Shown here piece by piece: positions 36,020 through 49,028 of a stretch of 64,000 nucleotides of DNA (its first letter is position 1; each line of letters starts with the position of its first letter). Made by a program: the position numbers and the translations under genes. This stretch comes from Eledone cirrhosa (Eukaryota): the NCBI GenBank assembly GCA_964016885.1, contig OZ024741.1, positions 176,762,001 to 176,826,000 on the forward strand, given 5' to 3'. Below the pieces are notes generated by a model. The model searched no databases and was not told the DNA's origin. It saw only the letters and a program-made list of their open reading frames with translations.

Positions 36020-36198
36020 CTGCTGCTGCTGCTTCTTCTTCTTCTTCTTCTTCTTCTTCTTCTTCTTCTTCTTCTTCTTCTTCTTCTTCTTCTTCTTCTT
36101 CTTCTTCTTCTTCTTCTTCTTCTTCTTCTTCTTCTTCTTCTTCTTCTTCTTCTTCTTCTTCTTCTTTCCTCTTCTTCTTCTTCTTCTTCTTCTTCTTC
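36020..36198. repeat. (TTC)n microsatellite, likely the expanded tail of the adjacent RTE element
   Basis: More than 50 TTC units preceded by (GCT)n. Confidence 0.9.
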
Positions 36199-36850
36199 CT
36201 GAGGGCGTCGTGTGACAGAGTCCTCAAATAGTATTTCCAATGGATCCTATTAGAGGCAACCGTCTCCAGACGAGACTAGCTGAGCTCATGAATTCATGAA
36301 TATTATCCAACCATCTTGCTCAGGGTCTACTCCTGGGTGTCTTGTCGATTGGTAATTCCCGTAAAATATATCCATCGATTCTTTTCTGGGACATTCTAAC
36401 CACGTACCCTTGATGTCTCAATTGGTAGAAGTAGTGGCTTTACCTGGATCCACTCTCTGATCTCCAAGCGACCCACTCTATCGAGAAACTATACGCCTAA
36501 TCCCTTAACAGGGACCCAATTTGGCTGCTTGTGTTCATTCGGTCATTAGCCAATATTCCTGAACCGAATAAAAGATAGTGAGTTTTGGTTTTATTTCTAT
36601 ACAATTTATCTGATGACATCATGTTGAAACTGGTGTATTACTGCACCAGCTCCTGCAATTATTGCATTTAATTCAGCCTCCTGTCGTTCATCACTCATGA
36701 AGACGGCTTCGAGAGAATTGAACTCTCCACCTGCTTTAGTGGAGATGCACTCAAATGTAGAGGCAACTACAGAGGCTTCCCTGGAGGATGGGTTTCTCAG
36801 CACTGATTTTCATTTTAGCCGTTCAGCACTCGGATAACTGATATCATGTT
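36199..36850 (-). mobile_element. Decayed RTE-clade (Expander/Rex3-like) LINE 3' fragment
   Basis: VFMSDERQEAELNAIIAGAGAVIHQ and QLRHQGYVVRMS..PRSRP..WLDNI. Confidence 0.65.
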
Positions 36851-37594
36851 ATTCCTTAAATTTGAGCCAAACTCAGTAAATTGATTCTACGAAAAAGACG
36901 CGCGTACCATGTGACTTTTCATCGATTGTAAGAGCTTAGAAACCATTGCCCATTCATACGTAGTCAGGATGTCGTTTTATTTCCTCTTACTTTTGACCAG
37001 CAGAATAAACGTTACAATAAAATACAATAATATAAAGGGTTAATATTTTAAACAGTCTAGTTATTGACTGGCACATTTGATCAATATTAGTATTTACATT
37101 GTTCATCTAACCATGATAAATACTATGAAATAGTAATCTTTAGATATAGTCACTTAATAGATACCATGGCTTTCAACTTGAGAGTATTTACTGAAAATAC
37201 TTTCGAGATAGATATTATATAGATATGAGAGCACAAATTAAAATATTTATATTATAAGGTATAAATATACGCTTCCAATATCCCTCTGTGTCTCTGTTCC
37301 TATATGTTTGGCAGATTCATGAGATGATGTGATTATTTTCGGAAATATACTCATACTGACTAACAAACATAATCATACACATGTATATATACATATCTAT
37401 ATATATATATATAATAAAATAAATAAGTCAAATATTTAAAATTTGGTTTCGTTTATTAAAGGTGTACTGCTATAAATATTTGACTTATTTATTTTATTTT
37501 ACATTACTACTGAGTAACCAAACCAACCTACGCACTTCGTCGAGTGCTCCAATCTACTGAGTTGTCGATAACAACCAATATATATTTAAAAAAA

Positions 37595-37690
<96 letters not shown>

Positions 37691-37710
37691 ATATATACAC
37701 ATATATATAT

Positions 37711-37767
<57 letters not shown>

Positions 37768-37768
37768 C

Positions 37769-37808
<40 letters not shown>

Positions 37809-37839
37809 ATACATATATTCATATATATATATATATATG

Positions 37840-39694
37840 ATAATAATGATGGCTGCACGTTGCAAATGGTGGGGCATATGAAAAAGTAAGTCCTTCGTCA
37901 GTGACCCTCCAACCGTCCCAGGCATTTCATCGCTTTAAGGGCCATATGCCTCAGGTTGGTGCGAACAACGACTAAAAAAAGTCGTTGGGACACGTAAACA
38001 AAGGGGACGCCAGGGTAACAAACAAAAAGGTTTAAGCAACGGAAAGTGAGAAGAAATAGACAAGTCCCAGATCTCTATGAATATAAACTTGGTGAAATCG
38101 TGAACAAGAGACAAAAGACCATCAAACCTGGTTGAAATGTGAGCAAGGAAAGAATTTCGCACAAGTCTAACGGGGGGGAAAAAGAGAAGAAGAAGAAGAA
38201 GAAGAAGAAGAAGAAGAAGAAGAAGAAGAAGAAGAAGAAGAAGAAGAAGAAGAAGAAGAAGAAGAAGAAGATAAAGGGGTCTGGTCTACGAATTCGGTAA
38301 ACATAAGTTTTGTGAAGTCGCAGACGAAAGAGAGAGAGAGAGAAAAAAATGTCCATACCAGCTTGGTCAAGACCACGCGAGAAAAGAATTACACACAGGT
38401 CAAACTTGAAGGAGGAGGAGGAAAGAGGAGGAGGAGAGGTAGTGACAGAGAATGAGTGAGTGAAAGTTGAGGAGGAGGCTAATAGAGAGAGAGACTGCTA
38501 GAAAGGGTAAAAGGTAACGAACAGACGAGTGGCAGCAGAAGAAAAATGATGTGTAAATATGATAACAATGATGGCTGCACGTTGCAAATGGTGGGGCATA
38601 TGAAAAAGTAAGTCATTCATCAGTGACCCTCCAACCGTCCCAGGCATTTCATAGCTTTAAGGGCCATATGCCTCAGGTTGGTGCGAACAACGGCTAAAAA
38701 AAGTCGTTGACACACGTAAACAAAGGGGACGCCAGGGTAACAAACAAAAAGGTTTAAGCAACGGAAAGTGAGAAGAAATAGACAAGTCCCAGATCTCTAT
38801 GAATATAAACTCGGTGAAATCGTGAACAAGAGACAAAAGACCATCAAACCTGGTTGAAATGTGAGCAAGGAAAGAATTTCGCACAAGTCTAACGGGGGGG
38901 GGGGGAGAAGAAGAAGAAGAAGAAGAAGAGAAGAAGAAGAAGAAGAAGATAAAGGGGTCTGGTCTACGAATTCGGTAAACATAAGTTTTGTGAAGTCGCA
39001 GACGAAAGAGAGAGAGAGAGAAAAAAATTTCCATACCAGCTTGGTCAAGACCGCGCGAGAAAAGAATTACACACAGGTCAAACTTGAAGGAGGAGGAGGA
39101 AAGTGGAGGAGGAGAGGTGTCCCAACGACTTTTTTTAGCCGTTGTTCGCACCAACCTGAGGCATATGGCCCTTAAAGCGATGAAATGCCTGGGACGGTTG
39201 GAGGGTCACTGATGAAGGACATACTTTTTCAAATTTTTTTCTCTCTCTCTCTCTTTCGTCTGCGACTTCACAAAACTTATGTTTACCGAATTCGTAGACC
39301 AGACCCCTTTATCTTCTTCTTCTTCTTCTTCTTCTTCTTTTTCTTCTTCTTCTTCTTCTTCTTCTTCTTCTTCTTCTTCTTCTTCTTCTTCTCTTCCCCC
39401 CCCCCCGTTAGACTTGTGCGAAATTCTTTCATTGCTCACATTTCAACCAGGTTTGATGGTCTTTTGTCTCTTGTTCACGATTTCACCGAGTTTATATTCA
39501 TAGAGATCTGGGACTTGTCTATTTCTTCATCACTTTCCGTTGCTTAAACCTTTTGTTTGTTTCCCTGGCGTCCCCTTTGTTTACGTGTCCCAACGACTTT
39601 TTTTAGCCGTTGTTCGCACCAACCTGAGGCATATGGCCCTTAAAGCGATGAAATGCCTGGGACGGTTGGAGGGTCACTGATGAAGGACTTACTT

Positions 39695-39700
<6 letters not shown>
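37840..39700 (-). mobile_element. Non-coding ~720-bp monomer: ~1.8 tandem copies plus an inverted partial copy, in (TA)n (PLE-type architecture)
   Basis: Period 722 (GGCTGCACGT at 37851 and 38573). 39117-39700 is inverted. Internal (TTC)n. Four copies of a ~113-nt structured segment. Confidence 0.8.
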
Positions 39701-39751
<51 letters not shown>

Positions 39752-39849
39752 CATTATATTGGTGTATGTGAATAGCATAATTGGTTTTCATATATGCGTG
39801 CAGCAACAAAGGTAATCATACAAATTTATTTTATATATATATATAAACA

Positions 39850-40640
39850 TCTCTCTCCATATTATTTACTCACTTCAATCTACATTTTTTTTACTCACCT
39901 CAATCCGAATTCTGACGTGGAAAAAAATTTCTAACTTTTAATTACTAATTGTTAATCTTTTAATTGTTTAATTTATAATTTCTGATACTTGATTTAGGAC
40001 TTTAATTTTTATTTCCAACTCTCACTCTTAACTTACAATGTAAAATCAGGATACTTAGAATTAAGTTTATTTTCCCTTTGAGTTGATGGTTAGTCGTACT
40101 GTCCACGCTAGGTGAGAGGTAGTATTATGACCTGTAAAAACTAACACTCTCCCACCCCCTCTGGCTTTTGACTGACTACCACAGTCGAGATGGGTAGCAG
40201 TAAACTATGGTACGGGCCATTGTGTCACTGAGAGGGTGAACTGACTAAGCGAATTTCGTTGAAATCTGCGGTAGCTAATGGTCAACTTTCTTCGGACATG
40301 CGCACGCGCAGACCCATGGGGGTGAATTGGTACTCACATGGGAACGGCTGATAAACCGAAAAGCACGCATTTCATCCGTTCCCATGTCGATTCAATTTGG
40401 ATTGCCTCGGAAACATAACCTTATTATGTAACAAGCTGTCTGATGATGTCACGACACTCGCACACAGAACAGTGTGGCCAGTGTCGCCATTGAAATATAT
40501 ATCACAGCATTATTATTAAAGGATTGAACATCTGAAACTACTTCGCTTTTCCTTATTCGATATTTACTCCGTCACTCCTATGTGGAGAAATAACGTTGAG
40601 TGCTTGATTTGAATTGCATCAATATTTACCCTAATATACA
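39850..40640 (+). mobile_element. PLE pLTR/3' UTR remnant
   Basis: GC-richer island between (TA)n tracts, ending in an HHR and tail. Confidence 0.6.
40435..40508 (+). ncRNA. Type I hammerhead ribozyme
   Basis: GCTGT CTGATGA T..CGACACT..AGTGTCG..T GAAA TATATA TC ACAGC. Confidence 0.75.
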
Positions 40641-40868
40641 TATATATATATATAATATACATTATGAATTGGGATATGTGAAAAGCATAATTGGCCTCAT
40701 ATATATGTGCAGCAATAACTCGTCTGTATATGCATCATGCACGTATTTGCGTGGGAATCTTAGTATCATTGTACTTACAACAAAGCACACATACGTACCC
40801 TGCTCTCTCTCTTTCAATCTCCCTCTCTCTCTGTATTTATATATATATATTTATACATACATATATAT

Positions 40869-40943
<75 letters not shown>

Positions 40944-41166
40944 GGTATGTATTTATGTATACGTATATGTATATGTATGTATACATACATATATGTATAT
41001 GTGTGCATGTATGTATATATATATATATACACAATACTGTACGTCTGTATACATATATGTATGTACGTATACATTCATACATACTTACATTTAAGTAACT
41101 GCCGTACTAAGAGTGAGAAATGACATTTCGTTTCATTCTATTCCATTTATATATATATATATACAT

Positions 41167-41315
<149 letters not shown>

Positions 41316-42002
41316 TATATATATATATATATGTATACACATACATTTATATATATATGAATGTATATATACGTGTACATGTGTACGTGTGCGTGTGTGT
41401 ATCTGTGTGTATGTGTGTGTCTGTGTGTATCTGTGTCTGTGAGTGTATATGCAAGTAAGTATGTGTACATACGTATTTGTATGATGTTTAGTCGACTGGT
41501 CCACGTCACATCTAAAGTCAGCTTACATTTCGTTTCGTCATTAAAATATTTAATTGAAATATCAGATAGTAAGAAACAATTTGATCTCAGTGAACTTTCA
41601 ATTATTTGCCTTTGAATAAAAGCGATATCTTTCTTTTTGTCTCTGCTACAACAAGTTTGAACAATACATTCGTATAATACTTACGTATATCATTCATGTT
41701 TATTTTCTTTCTTCGAAATTTGTAAAATACACTTTCGCAAAGTAAGTGGTATATTATGAGCAATGGACGTTTATGTAAAAGAATATGATTGTTACTAGTT
41801 TAGAATAAATTATTTTCATTCGATATCAGCAGCAATAACAACAACAGAAAATACAATAACAACGACAAAAAATCACAAATATAAGGTTGACAAATACTAA
41901 ACATTGTGTTTTACAGTTATTTTGGTACTAAACAATTTTATCTGTTTTATGTGAAATCTAAATATATTCCTATATTGCTTTCTTATATTTCGGACTTAAT
42001 AT

Positions 42003-42177
42003 TCTACTTTAGGCACAAGGCCAGCAATTATTCAGTGCATTACTGGTACTTTATTTTATCGACCCCGTAAGGATAAAAGGCAAAGTCAACCTCGGCGGGA
42101 TTTGAACTCAGATCGTAAAGGGACGTAACTATGCTGGAAAGCATGGCGTCCGACCTTCTACCGATACTGCCAATCCA
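42003..42177 (-). mobile_element. tRNA-derived SINE (Nin/Deu core)
   Basis: A box TGGCAGTATCGG, B box GTTCAAATCC and the family core. Confidence 0.88.
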
Positions 42178-43151
42178 TAATGCCACGAAAATATATAGAT
42201 GTAGATTGAGTATAACAAATATCGAGAGAATTTATTCATAAAATATATATTGTATTACGATTGAGTTGTAAATTAAAAGGAATTTGATGTGAATGTATAT
42301 CTTCATTTAATACTCAAATTGTTAAGGTTAAGCTAGATTTAACTTGTCGCCAAATTTAACAAGACTACCTTGTATTTTGGTGCATTTAGTTGAGCCCACA
42401 AGCATTTGGGCGAGAAATCCTGTTTGGGGATACCATCTATCCTTCTTCCAACCAGTTTCACACTACCTTAAAGGATTCATAGAAACGGTTTTATATTCTT
42501 TCATTAAACAATATAAAATATAAAATATGCTTGTATATTTTCTTAGTTTGAATGCGATAGAAAACAATATATTTATAGAATCTTTTTATGCACAAACATA
42601 CTTGCAAACTACTCTATAAGATAGATTGCTCTCAGTAAATACTCATGTTGAATCACAAAAAACAAAACTCCAGAGATTGTACGCAATGGCGAAGTCTATT
42701 CTTAAATTTTTGTTCAGCTTTCTCACGAATACATCCACACAGAAAATAAATGGAGAATTTCCAACGATTGTTTATAACCTGCAGTGAAGTCGATAATGTA
42801 TATTTTCTTTAAAGATTTCTTTCTTCTGTTAGATTCTCTCTTTACCAGTCTTCAGGTTATATATTTCAATCAAAATTATTGTGTCATGCTACATCTCGAA
42901 CGTTGTGATATTAGAAACAGGTAATACACTTACGATCACATGACAGCCAAGATTCATATAGAAAAAGTGAAAGGTCGAGCAAATGAAAATGAGAATAATA
43001 AGCTGAATCAGAAAGAGCAATATCGAAAGCTGATCAGAATCCATATACGTTTACTTGTTCATATACGCACGATGTTTAACTATAATGCTTAAGTTTTCTT
43101 GTATACATTTAATCGTATTCATAGCAAATGAAGTAAATATATTTGGACGTT

Positions 43152-43557
43152 GATTGGCACTATCAGTACAGGGTCGCACGTCATAACGTACATTATAGAG
43201 TTACTCCCCTTTACGATAGGAGTTCAAACCCCGCCGAGGTTAACTTTTCCTATCATCCTTAAGGGGTCGATAAAATAAAGTACCAGTAATGCACTGGGAT
43301 AATTGCTGGCCTTGTGCCAAAAGTAGAAACAATTATCATTGACTGTATCGGTAGAGCGTTGGACACCCTGCTTCGAAGCAAAGAGTTTCGGCCCTTTTTG
43401 TTCTGAGTTCAACTCTTACCGAGGTTACCTTTGCCTTTCATCCTTACGGGGTCCATAACATAAAGCACCAGCAATACACTGGGGTCTATTTAATCGACTT
43501 TCCCTTCCCCCAAAATTGCTGGCCTTGTGCCTATAGTAGAAATGATGATTATTATTA
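43152..43557 (+). mobile_element. Two tandem SINE copies (43152-43340, 43341-43557) ending in (ATT)n
   Basis: Two copies of the core and of the TGCTGGCCTTGTGCC..GTAGAAA 3' end. Confidence 0.85.
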
Positions 43558-46500
43558 CTTTCATTTTTATTTTCTTTCATTATTGTTTGTGAGATATATG
43601 CCGAGTGTCTTTCTAACACCTAGGGCAAATAAATTCACAGTGTGCATTGGTAAGCCATTTAATACAGCACATTGATTATAATTTAAAAAAAACAGTATAC
43701 ATATATACACGTGCATATGCATATGGAGGGATATCAATCTTACAGTGATAGTGCTCTTCTCAATACGTGTGCAGTACCAGTCAAAACATTTTTTGGCACC
43801 TCGTGTAGAGAGGGTAGACCAGGAATCATTCGCAAATATTGTTCTGTTCCTTTCTTGATCATTCCCAGTCCTCCCACAATCACTGGTATTGTAACGGCAT
43901 TGAGGCGCCACATTTTCTCAATTTCAATAAGCAGATCTTTATATTTTCGTAGCTTGTCAAATTCTTTTTCCGCGATATTGTTATCACATGGGATGCTCAT
44001 ATCTATCAATAAACAGACCTTGTTATGTTGATCTTTTACAATGATGTCAGGTCTATTTGCTTTTATGGTCCTGTCAGTATATACGGGAAAGTCCCAGGGA
44101 ATTGTTACTTTTTCTCCTTCAGTTACAGCCTCAGGGTGAAGATTGTACCACTTGTCTTCAGCTTTGATTTTGTAATGCCGACATATTACCCAGTGTAGAT
44201 AATGGCCAACTCTGTCATGTCTATATTTGTATTCTACTGCTGCTAAAACTTTACATCCAGAGACTAAGTGATTCACTGTTTCAACCTCAGCATTGCAGAA
44301 TCGGCACTTTGGGATTATTCAGTTTCTCATCACATTGGCCTGGTAATTACGAGTCAATAAGCTTTGATCTTGGGCAGCTAAGATGACGCCTTCACTCTCC
44401 GCCCTGAACTACGTAGCCGCTGATGGGTGTGCTTTTGGTCAACATCAACTTGTTTGCTACGGGCCACATATTTGCCATGCATAGGATTCTGCTCCCAATT
44501 TGATGCTAATTATCCCTGTCCTTTTGCTTTTGCCAGTGATTTTATGTGCCTAGCAGCATCAGTTGTAACGGTTTCTTTAGTCTGTCCAGCCTGGGTATCA
44601 AGCATGAGATCAGTAGCATATTTCTGGCTCTCCTTTAAGATAGAATTAAGCTTCTTACTTCTCTCATGCTTTTCAACAAGTTTCAGCATGCAGTCGTTAG
44701 TTGTTTCAAGGTATTTGGCCAGTTCAATGATGGTGGTCTTGTAAGCAAGTCCAAATTGGATCAAGCCACGGCCTCCTTGAGTTCTAGGAGGGTAAAGACG
44801 ATCCACATCTGCTTTTGGGTGGTGCATCCTATTACAGGTCAGTAGCCTACAGACTTTGGTGTCGATTCTTCTGATTTCACTCATATTCCAGTTCAACACA
44901 CCGAAGCTATAATTGACAACTGGGACTGCCAAGGAATTTATGGCTAGCACCTTGTTACGAGCCTTTAATTCTGATCTCAGAAGTTCACGTACTCTCCTCT
45001 AACATTCTTTCCTTATCCTCTCTTTCATACTTGCATGCTGTATGCCAGAGCCCTCATTAATCTCTAAGTATTTATAGGTTTGTTCCTGCTCAAGTTCCTT
45101 TATGATTGTTTCAGCATCCAATTCAACTGAATCTAAGTTGACAAGCTTCCCCTTCTTGAAAGTGGCTTTTGTACACTTTTCAAGTCCAAACTCCATCCTG
45201 ATGTCATCGCTAAACGTTTTTACTGTCCGCTAAAGGCCTTCCCGTTCGCCATTGTCTTTGCAATATCAAATCATCCATATAAAATAGGTGGCTTATTCTT
45301 TTGTTGTCAATTCTATAACCGTATTAAGTTCGGGTGTAAGGGGTATTAAAGCTATGCAGGAAATCAAGGGTGAAAGTGAGTCACCCTGGAATATACCACA
45401 GTTGATGTTTATATTCCTAGAGCACAGTACCCCAGTGGAATGAGACAATTGGATATTTGTGTTCCATAATGACATATTGTGTTTCAGGATGTTTGAGATC
45501 ACAGGTGAGATTTTGAAGATGTTCAGTGACTTCAGAATCCATGAGTGTGGTATGCTGTGAACGGCTTTTTTATAATCGATCCATACAGAACTGAGATTTC
45601 TGTGTTTATTATGACAGTTCTCAAGAATCATACGATTAATCAAAAGTTGATCTTTGCAACCATATGAACCTCGTCGGCACCCGTTTTGTTCAATGGGGAA
45701 AAGATTATTCTACTCCAAAAACACGTATGCTTTTTCCATGAGAATAGAGGTTAATAGTTTATAAGTGGTGGACAAGCAGGTTATGGGCCGATAGTTTTTT
45801 AATCTTTGGTTTCGTTGTTCTTTGGTAGAAGGTAGAAAATGCCACTTGCTATCCAATCAGGTGTATTTTTTTGAACTTTTATAAGTCCATTAAACAGCTT
45901 GACCAATATATTGTGAATGCACGGGCGTGAGGAAAGCCAGAAATTTGGCAACAGGAGATTTCCATTTATGAGATTTATTAGGTGCTGTCCTTAAGTCCAC
46001 TATAGAGATGTTTCCCACGCTTGTTCTAAATTTGTGTAGGAATTTTCCAGGCGACTAATCCAATCTACATTAGCATTATATGTCTTTTCATCACTCCAAA
46101 TCTTACTCCAGAAGTGTTAAACTTCTATGGACGGGGGTGTCTTCAATAATAATTTTTTTCTTCCCTACTTCTCTATAAAATGACTTGGCATTGGATGAGA
46201 ACAACTCATTTTGCCTGTAGAAGTTGTTTCGCTTCTCGAATCTACGAATTCGTTGGGCTTTTACTTGGACTTTTTGTTTCAGAGATTCTTTTGTTGAAAC
46301 TATTGCTTCTCTAGAAGACAGTCCATATTTTCTCTTTAGCCTTCTTACCTTCTTGGATCTATTATCATTTCCAGCGGTTAACTCACTCAATAAAGATATT
46401 TCTCCTCTCATTACGTCAATCTCCTTTTCGATTCTACTCTTCTAAATTGGTTAACCTCGAAGGTTCGACTTTTTTTGTTTTTTTGTTGGTAAACAACTTG

Positions 46501-48290
46501 TTTCAATTGCTGTAGCTCAGTAAGATCAGGTTCAAGTTCTTCTATGATTTCTTTTGTCACAGAATTACCAATCATTATTTGTGAATTGGCAGTATCGGTA
46601 GAGGGTCGGACATGCTTTCCAGCATAGTTACATCCATTTACGATCTGAGTTCAAATCCTGCCGAGGTTAACTTTGCCTTTCATCCTTACGGGGTCGATCA
46701 AATAAAGTACCAGTAATGTACTGTATAATTGCTGGCCTTGTGCCTAAAATAGAAACAATTATTTGTTTTCTACTTTGGATTGTATTTGGGAGTTTATGAA
46801 GTGGTTCTCTATCATTTATACTAGAATGTCTTACTACTGCAAGCTCATTCAGCAGTTTTTGCTTTAATTCCTTCACAGTCTCCCCGTGTTCTTCAGCAGA
46901 TGTTTGCTTTTCAATTACTGTTTCTAAGTCCCTCTTCTGGCCATTTTCAGCGGGTTGAATAGGGCTTCTCATTTCTACAAACTTATTTGTGATTTGGTTA
47001 GATGGAGGTCTTTCAGTAAAGACTTGTGACTGGTTACTATCTCCAGGAGATTCTTCAGTTCTTTCATCATTTATATTTATGTCATTCTCCACAGCCTGCT
47101 TGATCGCAGTTAGTTCAGTGTCTGTGAGTCTATTATTTCTGAAGATATACCTCCTTACATTTGCCAACTTATTTCCATCCATATCACGTCTGCTAGCTTG
47201 ATTCCGAGTTTTCCAGATTTTGTAGGAGTTTAAAGTGTGTCTGTCTTGTGATGGCTTACCTAATGCATAGTAATATGCATATATTACTTCTTTATACTCT
47301 TCTCGGGTCCATTTCATCCTTTTACGCTTTTGTTTTTGAGGTGGTTTGGGTGGTGGATCTGGGGGGCTCGAGTTGGGGCAATCCCCGATCAAGTGACCAT
47401 CCAGGTCCATAATTGGAAAATAGTTTGTGGCAGAGGAGGACTGTTCGATCTCAGGTTGGCACGTTCCTGAGGGACACACTTCCTGATTAACCATAGGAAA
47501 AGCGATTTGGTATTGTGTATTAATTTGTATTTGTTCATCTCACAGTACATGCTTCCGTTGCGCATGGTATTGGGCGTACATGGAAAGTAACCCGGCTGTT
47601 TGGGTAGTGCATTTGCTGGCTGGCACTGAGATCATTATTACTATTATAACATTATAGTTATGGTCATTGCTGACGTTGACGTGATATTGTTTGTTTGCAG
47701 CTGTAAGAGGTGTACGAGAATTTCCCCAACTGTTCTTGTGGTGTGAGTGGTGTGGTGGTTGTGGCAGGGAGATAAATGCTGGGGGTGGGGATGCTGAGAG
47801 TGGTAGTGGGTAGGGGGACATTGTAGTTTATAGGAGTTGTTTCTCCGATGTTATTTTCTGTCTATTTTGAGTTTGAGATGTAAATGGGGTGCTAGTATTC
47901 TTTTTTTCCCCTTTGTTTCGTCCTTTATGTGGGCTCCATACACATACATAAATATACATTCACACGTGTATACTTATACACACGTATGTATATACACATA
48001 TATATATACACACATATATATACACACATGTATATACACCCACACATTAGACACTGAGAAGGGAGGTAGGTAGCAGTCTGTGACAGTAGTCTAAAACTGG
48101 TGTGAATGTGTGAGGAAGTGGTTGTGAATGTGGTGGTGGGAGAGAGAAGTGATCTTTCAACTGTCCATTTTCCTTTCAAAATGTGAAATTGAGCCACAAT
48201 CGACCAAAATGTAAAAAAAGAAAATTGTATTGGGGAAATATTTAAAAAAATATATGCACCTTTCACATCTTCAGCCACAGAGATGATTGC
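43558..48290 (-). mobile_element. Near full-length decayed R4/Dong-like non-LTR retrotransposon (RT plus CCHC plus RLE)
   Basis: ORF starts at 47494 (RMKWTREE..LANVRRYI), then WIDYKKA, GIFQGDSLSPL, YMDD, CRFC..H.VSGC, RHD and RPDI..LID..EK..KY ending at 43740. The 5' boundary is uncertain. Confidence 0.9.
46583..46757 (+). mobile_element. SINE inserted in the Dong ORF with 9-bp TSD ATTATTTGT
   Basis: TSD at 46574-46582 and 46758-46766. Removing the SINE restores ..SRKQIMIGNSVTKEIIEEL. Confidence 0.92.
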
Positions 48291-48397
48291 ATAATAATTA
48301 GTCACATTTTTTATTAAACAAACTTATCCCCCGAAATAAACAGTGTGTTTTCCGATCTATGCTTGTTTCTTTTCTTCAAATAATTGTTTCAACAATT

Positions 48398-48571
48398 GAC
48401 ACAAGGCCAGCAATTAACCAGTGCACTACTGGTGCTTTATTTTATCGACCCCGTAAGGATGAAAGGCAAAGTTAACCACTGCGAGATTTGAACTCAGAAT
48501 GGCAAGGGCCGTAACACTATGCGTCAAAGCATGGTGTCCAACCCTCTACCGATACTGCCAATCCACCGCCA
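48398..48571 (-). mobile_element. Full-length SINE (Nin/Deu core)
   Basis: 5' GGCGGTGGATTGGCAGTATCGGTAGAG tRNA-like head plus core. Confidence 0.88.
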
Positions 48572-48945
48572 TAATATGTAAACGGCGATTGTAATGGGTA
48601 AATATATAAAAATATTTATGCAGTTCTCACAACTAGTGTCAGATTATTTGTAGAGATAAGTGGTGAAATAATTTGTCGAATTTTCGTGTTAGGGAATACC
48701 AAATTAAACAAAACTTACTCCTCGAAATAAACAACGTGTGTTGTGCGATCTACGACTGTGTCTCTTCTTCAAATAGTTTTTTCTTCAAGTTCAAAGAGCG
48801 AACGCCTGTATATCTACATGTTTGTTTTGTGTACATTTTTCGTTGTGTTTATAATACATTTATGTGTAATATAATCAATAGAGTTTGTTACTTACATCGT
48901 TTTTCTTTTTGTTTTGACTTAAAATGCTGTGTATTATTATTATTA

Positions 48946-49028
48946 TAAAGTACCAGTAATGTAATGGGTGATTTCTGTATTTGTGCCAAAAAGTAGAAAC
49001 AATTATCATTATTATTATTATTATTATT
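48946..49028 (+). mobile_element. SINE 3' fragment with (ATT)n tail
   Basis: TAAAGTACCAGTAATG..TTGTGCCAAAAAGTAGAAACAATTATCATTATT. Confidence 0.7.

Noticed and set aside
35956-36240. Poly-S/E/F/R/L ORFs
   Set aside because: Six-frame read-through of a (TTC)n tract.
38657-39547. 120-165 aa ORFs in the 720-bp repeat
   Set aside because: Low-complexity sequence; frames shift between copies with (TTC)n and (C)n length.
39650-39690. Type II hammerhead from GAAATGCC..GTC A CTGATGA
   Set aside because: Stem I would be a single nucleotide and there is no stem II partner before GAAA.
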